Shown here one piece after another: positions 10,837-20,000 of a stretch of DNA of 20,000 bases. The position numbers and the translations under genes are program-made. Each line of letters opens with the position of its first letter. Positions within the stretch are counted from its first letter, which is position 1. The notes under the pieces were generated by a model. The model saw nothing but the letters and a program-made list of their open reading frames with translations, made no database searches and was not told where the DNA came from. This stretch comes from Ancylonema sp. (Eukaryota), in assembly GCA_050230475.1 (NCBI GenBank), contig JBFLGF010000128.1, positions 51,039 to 71,038 of the forward strand. The letters run 5' to 3'.

Positions 10837-13800
10837 CTAACTGCCACGTGCGGCAATGAGAGTTTCGACCACGGAAGGGTCTGCGAGCGTGCTGATATCG
10901 CCTGCACCCACAAGCCGCCCCCAAAACACAAATAGTTTGGTATTCATTTCATTCATGCGATGACCTTCACCCCCGAGGCGGAGTTGTTCGGAGGCACTCT
11001 ATGTTTACGGACAACCCCGTCATGGTGCAGTTCCTTACAAATTTTTTTTTTTTTTTTTTTTTTTTTGGTTGCGTCACTTTTGTCTCACAAAGTCAGTACT
11101 TCGCAATCGTCCATTCGTCTCAATGCGTCACCGGAAGGCGTCCAAGCAACCGATCACAAACCCGTTTCCCGCGAAGTAACGACTATCATTTAAACAAGAT
11201 ATCCGTACTCACAAACGAAAAGCAAACGGCTCGAAGAGTAAACTTTTGGCCATGCAAGCAGGGAAGGAGTGAGGAGTGGGCACGCACCAAGTGCATCATC
11301 TTCCCCCGCAGCAATCTTCCTCAAAATTCGCCGCATGATTTTGCCCGACCGCTGCCGCCCCATCCCCACCACATCAGCACCCCCCCTCCCCCCTCAGGAA
11401 CCTTAAGCACTTCAAAATGGCACCCTATACATGAGGGAATTGCGCCCTATGCATGAGGCAATTGCGCCGCATCCCCCTCATTTGAACCCCCCTACTCCTC
11501 ACTCCCCGTACCGTTTTGGGCACCCCTGGCGCCCAATGAATCACGTCCGGCGTGGCAAACGCGCCGATGTGGTGGCGGACGGACGACTTGAGACTGGAAC
11601 GAAGGGCCTCAGAACCCTCCACTCTGCAACCAACCATCCATTCCTCTCATGACACTCTGTACTCGATACTCAATAATTCATACCTAATACTTAATACTCA
11701 ATACTTCATACCTAACACTTAATACTCAATACTTCATACCTAATCCTTTATACTCGATACTCGATACTCAATAATTCATACGTAATACTTCATACTCGAT
11801 ACTCAATACTCAATACTTCATACTTCATCCTTCATGCTTCATACTTGTATTAAGTAGGTCTGAAGAGTTCCGACCCCCCCTCACCCTTCCATGAGCGTGA
11901 CAAAGGCGTAGATGCCTTCCCCCTTGATGCTGTGACTAAACCCAACCACGGCAGCCTGATACCAACCCCCCCCCTCCCCCCCCCCCATCCCCCCCACACC
12001 TCCTCACTCCAGTCACACACACCCTCCCACTCGCCCCCCTCCCAGGGCCCCACCCCCGCCCACCTCAGCGCACGCCTCATGGGTGACCAACGCACTCTCA
12101 ACCTCGGCAGTGCCGATACGATGACCACTAATCCCCCACCCCTCCCCACCCCACCCCACCCCACCACCCCCTAACCGCGCAGTTGGGTTCCCTACCATCC
12201 GGGTACCGACTTTCTAGCGCACGGCGATAGATGGGATGGGAGGGGAGGGGAGTGGGTACCTGACGTTGATGACGTCATCCACCCGGCCTGTTAGCCAATA
12301 GAACCCGTCCTCGTCCCTCCGACATCCGTCCCCACTCATGTAGAGGCCGCGGAAGGGAGAGAAGTAGACGGACTCGAAACGACCGTGGTCTCCTGCCACC
12401 GTGCGGAAGCAGCTGGGCCAGGGGCGCTTTATGGCCAAGTAGCCGCTACAGGGACCCTGCGCACCAAAGGACAGACCACAACATAACTCTCACAACCTCA
12501 TCATCATCACTATCAACCTCACCATGACCATCATCCTCCTCATCCTCCTTATCGTCTTTTCTGTCCTCACCTCCATCTCCTTCCCCTGTTCGTCCAGCAC
12601 GACGGGGTCCACCCCGAAGAAGGGCAACATGGCGCAACCGGGCTTCAGGGGAACAGCGCCGGGGAGGGGACTGATCTGCCAGGAGAAAAAAACAGACACT
12701 CACCTCAACCACTTACTTCTCAGATGAATACCCCCACCCCACATCCTACCAACCACAACCCCAGAGACTCGTCCCTCGATATAACGACCCCCTCCATATA
12801 TCGAAGCCTCCCAGAACTGTACCCCCAGCGTCCCCCCACCCTAGATCTTACCAACCACGATATAAACCACAATAACCCCTCCATACACCTACCCCCTCGA
12901 CATAGCGACCCCTCGATAGAACGACCCCCTCGATATAAATGACCCCTCGATAGAACGACCCCCTCGCTATAACGAATCCCCCTACCAGTATGCTCCCCGT
13001 TTCCGTCTGCCACCACGTGTCCACACTCGGACACCTCCCTCGGCCAATGACAGCGTGATACCACCTCCACGCCTCTGGGTTGATGGGCTCACCCACGCTA
13101 CCCAGCAGGCGCAGGGAGGAGAGGACGCATTTCTCCGCCCACTCGTCCCCGCACCTCATCAGGGCGCGGATGGCGGTGGGGGCCGTGTAGAAAACCGTGA
13201 CTGCGTACCTGACACGGGGGGAAAAGGTTAACCGCGGTTAACTGGGGGTTAACCGCGTGTGGTTTGCTCTCCCCCCCCCCCCCTCGGTGCTGCCTGCTGC
13301 AAGGGACTGCGGTTGGGCTCGGGGTTGGAGTTGCGATTGGGGTTTGGGGTTGGGGTCGGGGTTGGGGTTGGGGTGGGGGGTCCGTACTTGTCTACCACCT
13401 CCCAGCATCGGCTGGGGGATGGGTGGGTGGGCACCCCCTCGAACACCACCACGGTTGCCCCGTTCAACAGCGGGCCGTACGTCAAATACGTGTGACCAGT
13501 GATCCAGCCACAATCTGCTGTACACCTGGAAACACAACACACACAAAAAAAAAAAAAAAAAAAAAAAGGACCTACATCAAACCTCCCGCCCCTTCCCTTG
13601 CCGCTCCGCCCCTCCCCCCGCCCCTTGCCCCCTGCCTCCCCCCACCAGCCCCCCAGCCCCCGCCCCCGCCCCCCCTCCCCACCAGAATACGTCGTCTTCG
13701 TGATAGTCGAAGATGTACTTGAAGGTCGTTGCCGCCCCCACCATATACCCCCCCGTCGTGTGTAACACCCCCTTGGGCGTCCCTGTACTGCCTGACGTGT

Positions 13801-15973
13801 ATAGAAGGAAGAGGGGGTCCTCTGAACCCATCCACTCAACACCACACTCCTCCCCCTGCCGCTCAACTGCGTCTTGCCACCATACATCCCGCCCTTGCAC
13901 CCACCCCACCCGCCCCCGGGGGAGGGCGGAGGGGTTGTCCCACACCAGGACGGAGGACACCTGGAAGCCGCCCTGGAGCGCCATCTGGACAGCGTTGTCC
14001 ACCTGGCAGGGGAGGAGGGGGGGGGGGAGGGAGGTGTGGGTACAGGAAAAAACGATGGGTGCAGGGGGGGGGGGGGGGGGGGGGTTGAGTGGGTAGGGGG
14101 CCGGGGGGGAGAGTGAGTTTACAATGGCTTTGAGTTCGATCATTTTAGTTCCCCTCATGACCCCCGAGCATGTGAGCAGCACGCGTGATTGGGAGTCCAG
14201 CAGTCGCCCGCAAAGCGATTCGGCCGAGAATCCGGCGAACACAACGGAATGGACGGCGCCGATGCGGGCGCAGGCGAGCATGGCTGGGGGGGGGGGGCGG
14301 AAAAGAAGGCAGAAATGTTCCTCTTTAGAAGGGCAGAATGGGTCAACTAGTGTGGATCTGGATTGGCCTTCCCCCTTCTGTAGGCACCCCCCTGTACAGG
14401 CACAACCGCTGTACAGGACCCCAACAAAATAAATGGAATTGGAAACACTATGTATACTCTACGCACTACAGGCATAATTATATTTACAGCCCACCTTATA
14501 CCCCCCCACTTCGAAAGTATGCCTATAACGAGGGAGAGGGCCAGAGGGCGTACCTGCGGGCAGTTCGGGGATCATGGGTAGGTAGATGGTGACCTTATCC
14601 CCCCGTTTCACCCCCATCTCCTTGAGCTGGTGTGCGATCCTGCACACCTGTGTCTGAAGTTGGGAGTAGGTCCACCCCCCCTCCACCCCAACCTCGTTCC
14701 CCTCCCACAGGATGGCCTTCTTCTCCCCCCTCCCCCCCTCCACGTGTCTGTCTACCGCGTTGAAGCACAGGTTGGTGGATGCGGAGGGGAACCAGGAGAT
14801 GTGGATGGGGCCGAGGGAGAGGTCGAAGTTGGAGGCGTGGAGGGGGGACTGGAGGGGGGGGGGGGGGGGAAGGGGGAAGGGGGGGGGGGAGGGTATGGGG
14901 GGGGGGTGAGGGGAGTCTTTTGGAGACTTACTTTTGCTGTGGTTGAGTTTTTAGATGTGTGGGTTGGTTGGTTGGCTGGCTTTGGCAAGGGGGGTGGGAA
15001 CGAGTTTAGAAAATCTGTCTGAATGTTTATCAATTTTATACATATTGGTAATTTAGACATATTGGTTATTTAGACATATCCGTTATTTAGACATATCGGT
15101 TATTTAGACATATCGGTTGTTTGGAGAGCATCCATTCAGACAGGTATTACTGTGGAGGGGGGAGGTGTGTGTTGAAAACCGTAGGTAAGGTAAAAGAGTG
15201 GATTGATATCGGGAAGGTGTGGGGGGGGGCAATCATCTGAGGTTGGGTGGTTGGGGATGGGCGCTGTTTCTGTTCAATGAAGGGCCAAAATGGCAGTTTT
15301 TGATTTGATGTCTGGGTAGATGGACTGGAATTCAAACCAGGCCAAAGTTGAGGGGAGTGCAGCATTAGATTAAATTGAGATTGATTGTGTTTCTGCACTC
15401 AAATCTGATGTGGGACCTTAAGAAGAGTGGGTGATCTACGTGACTTGATCACACGATCACCGGCGATTACAATGACACGTGGTGCCAATGCGGGACATTG
15501 CAACCTCATCTCTGTTAGATTACCATTAATGCGTGAATAGTAAAAAACACGTTATTTCTCCACACGATATCACCATTATTTCACACCTCCCTCTCCTTCC
15601 GTACACAGCCGTACGATTTAATATCTTGATTCCCCTTTCCTTCTTCGATTCCCTTTCCAATGCTCGGCATTCGCCCGTCCCACCGACCCACCTCCCACTT
15701 TTTATGCCAATAAAATTCCTTTGCAATGTCGCCCCAGAATCCCTCAGGGTCGTCCAGCGAGCGCTTGTACATGACGTCATAGGCCTCCCTCGAGTTGACG
15801 AGCGCCTTTGAAACGAAGTCCGCGGAGGGAGCAAACAGGGCCTGCTTGGACGCGTCCGCGTGTTTGCCGTTAGATGCGGCGGAAAGCGAGGCGGCAGCGG
15901 TATCGAAGTCGAGAAGAGCTCCGGAATCTTCCGCTTTGGAGCCATTTACGGCAGGGGCTGCTGACGTCGCCAT
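10837..15973 (-). CDS. ACS: Acetyl-CoA synthetase (acetate-CoA ligase, AMP-forming), 13 exons, 698 aa
   Basis: Exons (minus strand): 15692-15973, 14554-14848, 14123-14283, 13683-14002, 13388-13525, 12986-13208, 12571-12675, 12260-12456, 12064-12127, 11885-11955, 11512-11623, 11288-11351, 10837-10901. All introns are GT-AG, phases are consistent, and the total is 2097 nt. Motifs: [105 protein letters not shown]. Confidence 0.97.
11660..11848. repeat. 7-bp-unit minisatellite (TACTCAA/TACTCGA/TACTTCA/TACCTAA) in ACS intron 10
   Basis: More than 20 degenerate 7-mers are visible, with a higher-order 28-bp repeat. Confidence 0.85.
12495..12550. repeat. Degenerate (CAT/CCT)n microsatellite in ACS intron 7
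   Basis: CTCATCATCATCACTATCAAC...CATCATCCTCCTCATCCTCC. Confidence 0.6.
12770..12980. repeat. Tandem array of 18-19-bp CCCCTCGATATAACGA-like units in ACS intron 6
   Basis: Five consecutive units at ~12893-12980, plus more degenerate units from 12771. The unit matches the TIR core of the MITEs at 7910 and 9012. Confidence 0.8.
13308..13380. repeat. Degenerate (GGGGTT)n hexamer repeat in ACS intron 5
   Basis: GGGGTTTGGGGTTGGGGTCGGGGTTGGGGTTGGGGTGGGGGG. Confidence 0.75.
15042..15126. repeat. 17-bp tandem repeat x5 (ATATCGGTTATTTAGAC consensus) in ACS intron 1
   Basis: Units start at 15042, 15059, 15076, 15093 and 15110. Confidence 0.9.
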
Positions 15974-16728
15974 GAGAGGAAGAAGAGTAACGCGACACCT
16001 CCACGCTTCCTAAACTCCCATGCACCCTAGCACGTTCGCATATACAATGCCACTTTGTCGGATGACATGGACAGCTGTATCCGCAACCAGCGGGGATTCA
16101 AATTGTCTCTCGTCCCTGTGTCCGACGCAGACGCAAGCACGTGAAGGGTGAAATTACCTGTCGTGCCGATGGGGAGAGGGCGGGAAAGTCAGGGAGGAGC
16201 CGATTTAAACGAGTGATGGCTCCATCTGTGCGCAGACCGGACAAAACGTACGGATATACGAACTAGTACAGATGCTCGACTGTACGGTATTCCTTTCAAT
16301 ATTTCTCGCGAAACGCAATTTGCGCCAATGACAACGGAGAGTTGCGCCAGAAGTTGCGCCATACCATAGTTGGCTTCGCCCCGGGCGTGTTTTAGTTCGA
16401 TCGGATGCCGCCCGAAACGCGTTCGCCCGAAACAGAAAGCGGGGCGAAATCTGCAGGGCGAATCCTACGATGCTCCATGCTTCAGTGATCCTGCTTCTAC
16501 TGAATTACTACTAGCGTGAATGCAAGGGTTCAATGCATGCCAGCAAGCCTGCAGACTCCCAGTACAGAGTTTCGAACGCCTGGCCCTAAGTAGCACCACT
16601 GGCCTTGGGTGCGGAAGCAGAACTAGTGGAAGAAAGAAATGGTATCCAGTTTTCGAAATCCCCCGATAAGTATGCTACAAACCTCAATTTATTAAAATAT
16701 GTTCAGAGATTGAGTAAAAAGGGCAGCC
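15974..16728. promoter_or_regulatory. 755-bp divergent intergenic region (putative bidirectional promoter plus both 5' UTRs)
   Basis: Lies between the ACS ATG (15973, minus) and the importin-family ATG (16729, plus). It contains CACGTG at 16138-16143 and repeated TTGCGCCA and TTCGCCC motifs at 16320-16462. Confidence 0.55.
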
Positions 16729-19700
16729 ATGGAATCTCCAGCAGTTACTCGAGAGCAGCTTGCAGAAGCTGTATCGATTCTTTATTTTGACCCGTACCAA
16801 TCTAGGAAGGCTGAAGCTAATGCCTGGCTTACACGCTTCGGCGAATCTCAGCACGCGTGGATAATAGCAGCTTCATCCCTGGAATCTGGCACGCTAGAGC
16901 TGCGATATTTCTGTGCCAATCTCCTCCTCTCGAAAGTACGTGCCAGCTGGCGCCAGCTGGCAGCCAGCGAGCGGCAGGATCTGACGAATCACCTCTGCCA
17001 AGTCATTGCGCGGCAGATGTCAGATGCAGCTGCCCCCAGCATCCTCGTTACCCGGTTCTGTCTCATCCTAGCTGCAATCTCCGTCAGCAACACGCACGGG
17101 CCAGCTGCCGCGGAGACGGTTAACGCCTACGACATTCGGCATTGCGTCCAAATGGCCCTCGATGCAGCCGCAGGGGCGGGAGTGGGCGCGGCTGGGGGGG
17201 CCCCCGAGGGGGTGGAGCATTGGGGTGGGAAGCAAACCGTGGCGGTGGTCCTGTCATTGCTGGAAGCGGTTATCGAGGAAGCGGATCGAGCTATGGGCTC
17301 AGCGGCAAAGCGGTTATCAGAGGTCGGTCACCCCTACAGACCAACCGAAAGGAGAGGGCAATCATTCACCACACGTACTTTGTCGGTGGGGCCCACCTGC
17401 AGGGGCAAATGGACCAAATATTCACACTTCTGAACAACCTGGTGGCCTACCAGCTACGCGACACCTGGCAGCCCGGCGGTCAGTGCCAGCTGTCCTCCCT
17501 CACCCTCCCAATCCTCCGCCTCTCCCGCACGTGCCTCAGAATCGGCTTCTCCGGATCCGCCCAATCCCCTCTCACCTCCGCACACTTCGCCGCCCGCTTC
17601 CGCCACCTGTGGCTCTTCCAACTGGTCCACCTGGCGGCGCCAGAGCCCGCCACCTCAGAGGCCGCTTCCGAGATCGTGCAGGAGCTGGTGGCCGCCTCCG
17701 GGTTGGGGGGGGATGCGTCAGAAGAGGGTCCGTTGAGGGAGGTGATGCAAGCTCTGCTTGTCCATCGGAACCCCCTCAAGGAGGCTGCGGGGCGGGGGGG
17801 GGGGGAGGGGGGGGGGGGGTTATATCATTGGGCGTACGTGGAGTGGGGGTTGAGCGAGGTTGGGGCGCGGTTGGCTGAGGCTATGCCCGAGCTAATCGTG
17901 GCCAAGGCTCACACATGTGAGGAAGCCCTGCCATTGGCCTCACTGATGCTGGACTGTGCGTCGCGCGAGGAGCGGACATGTGTCGAGGCGTCGGTGGACT
18001 TTTTCGTGGCTCTCAGCGGGGTGGCAGTGAGCGAGAGGAGGGAGGAGTTTCAGGGGCAGCTGTTCCACTCGCTGGCAGAAGTGCTGGGGCAGAATGTGAG
18101 GGGCGGCAGACTAGGGGAATAGGGGGGATGGGGAGGCGGGGGTGGGTGGCGTTAGAGGGGGGGGGGGTGAAGGAAGGTCTGTGAAGCTGGAATTGGGGAA
18201 GCTGGATTTGTGAGGGGAGTTCAGGGTTTCAGGGTATGAAGTTAACGATTTTTTTATTTTATTTTTTGGGGTTGCAGGCGACCTATCCTGCTGACTTTGT
18301 GTCTTGGGAGGAAGATAACGACGACGAAGAATCATTCGCACGTTTCAGAGACCATGTGAGACCATGGTTGAAAAGATTACTGATTAAATAATGTATATAT
18401 ATATATACATATATTTATCTGAATGTTTGCCGTGGGAACTTAAAGGGACGAACAGGAAGCCGTTTATTGACTGAAAATGAACGGAAACATTGAGAGAGTG
18501 GAAAAAAAAAAGAATCAGAACTGTGTACACGCTCAAAATGTAAGCATATGGAGTAGTATGGTAGAGTATAACATGTCTTTATTATTACTGTCGGGACCGG
18601 GAAAATATATCAATTTAGTCACATTAAAATGTTATAAATTAAAACGTCAGATTTGGGTGGTATCCCGAAATCGGGCGGACAATTTTCTAGCAGATTAGAC
18701 CGGGTATCAGTTAGCTCAGTATTAATTATGACAGGTTTCAGTGCATTGTATATATTGAAACTCTGGAATATTGTTGTCTTGATGTACAGACCCATTCGTT
18801 TTTTGCTGTTTTCAACAACATCGATTCTGAACTTGTCCCTGCCACAAACCTTAAACTCCCAAAACCTAAAAGCCTTAAACCTTAAACCTCAAACTTTAAA
18901 CCTTAAACCTTAAAACCAACAGGTCCAATTGAAGGCAAGTTCTCTGGTAACATGCACTCCCCATACCTCCACCTTTATCGCCCCCCCATCTCCACCATAT
19001 TCTGAACCCTAAAATCCCAAACCCTCATCCCACAGCCAACCACCACTGCCCATCCCTCCTCCCTTCCCCCCCCAGGTGTTAGCAGAGGGTCTGGACATAT
19101 GCTGCCGCCTCACTGGACCCCAGATCCTTGATACAGTCACCACAACTCTACAGCACACTGACAGCTGGCAGCGCACTGAGGCTGCCCTCTTCTCCTGCTC
19201 GGCTGTGGCCCAGGCAGGTACCGAAAGCAGAACCAGGGCCAGAACCAGGGTCACCTTCAGGGTTAGGGTTTGGGTCAGGACCAGGGTTAGGGTTACGGGT
19301 AGTGTCAGGGATAGGGATACGGGTAGGGTCAAGTCGAGATTCAGGCTAGGGGTGGGGTTACGGGGAACGGTTTTTTAGGTTTTGGGTTGGGTTCGAGGTT
19401 TAAGGTGAGGCTCAGGGTGAGACCAAGGTTTTGGGTGTTTGAATCCCTCATGTGCCTCACCCTACCCCCTCCCTCCCTCCCCCCCCCCCACCCTCTCAGT
19501 GGAGGACAAGTTGACCGGCAGCAGCACCACCCCTCCCCTCTACGAGCGCCATCATCTCTGTCGCTCCCTCTGCCGCCTCTTCCAGTGGGTGGCTCACGAC
19601 GCGACAGGTGGCACCCTCTCCACCCACCCCCTGGTCGTCGTCGCCGCCGCAAAAGTGGTCCGCTCCTACTCCTTCTTCCTGGCCGCCACCGACTGCCAGC

Positions 19701-20000
19701 TGGCGATAGTGATGGACCAACTGGAGTCGGAGGCGCCAGCTGGCGGGCAGGCTGGGGGGGTGGGGGGGGTGAGTAAGGGGCAACAGCAGAAGAACTTGGA
19801 GGGGGCGATGGGGTTCCTGTTTCGAAGCATGCAGGTGAGCGGGGGACGTGGAGCAGGCGGGAGGCGTGCGGGAATTCTGGGGTTTCTTTTCCTAGGTTTT
19901 TTCTGGGGTTTAAGAGGTTGGTACTCGTGTTTTTCACCCCCCAGGTGCCGGGAGCCCTCCCCTCTGTTGCCGCCGCCCTGAACCGAGTCTGCGTCCACTG
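16729..20000 (+). CDS. Importin-beta family nuclear transport receptor (importin-13/transportin-3-like HEAT-repeat protein), 3' end beyond the window
   Basis: Exons: 16729-17322, 17403-18095, 18278-18355, 19076-19217, 19500-19834, 19945->20000. All introns are GT-AG with consistent phase. The N-terminus QLAEAVSILY..KAEANAWLTRFGESQHAW..ELRYFCANLLLSKVRASW fits the IBN_N domain; later DDEESFARFR and SWQRTEAALF are typical of the TNPO3/IPO13 group. Confidence 0.88.
18846..18917. repeat. Degenerate plant-telomere-like heptamer repeat (AAACCTT/AAACCCT-like) in importin intron 3
   Basis: AAACCTTAAACTCCCAAAACCTAAAAGCCTTAAACCTTAAACCTCAAACTTTAAACCTTAAACCTTAAAACC. Confidence 0.7.
19225..19440. repeat. 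Degenerate (AGGGTT)n telomere-like hexamer repeat in importin intron 4
   Basis: CAGGGTTAGGGTTTGGGTCAGGACCAGGGTTAGGGTTACGGGT... Confidence 0.7.

Noticed and set aside
13249..15060. Many overlapping Gly/Pro-rich ORFs on both strands
   Set aside because: By-products of G/C runs in ACS introns and of antisense exon frames.
12770..15126. Tandem repeats considered as CRISPR-like arrays
   Set aside because: The units are contiguous without unique spacers, lie in spliceosomal introns, and no cas genes are present.
17162..17878. 238-aa alternative-frame ORF within the importin gene
   Set aside because: Low-complexity, GC-driven overlap of the true exon 1-2 frames.

Overview
Eukaryotic genomic DNA with GT-AG introns, probably from the green lineage (streptophyte-alga/bryophyte-like; the taxon is an inference). 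It has three parts. (1) 1-~6864: a decayed minus-strand Ty3/Gypsy-type LTR retrotransposon with a putative 5' LTR, gag with two CCHC knuckles and an aspartic protease. These are followed by a C5 DNA-methyltransferase-like domain whose catalytic motifs (PC, ENV) appear replaced, and the element runs off the left edge. A ~586-codon antisense ORF, broken only by TAG/TAA stops, lies between the protease and the DNMT-like domain. (2) ~6865-10800: intergenic DNA with pogo/Tc1-mariner-like MITE relics and GATCCG-rich repeats. (3) A complete 13-exon acetyl-CoA synthetase gene (minus strand, 698 aa), head-to-head with the first six exons of an importin-beta family (importin-13/transportin-3-like) gene. 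Their introns are rich in G/C runs, minisatellites and telomere-like repeats. All family assignments come from motif recognition by eye; no searches were run.
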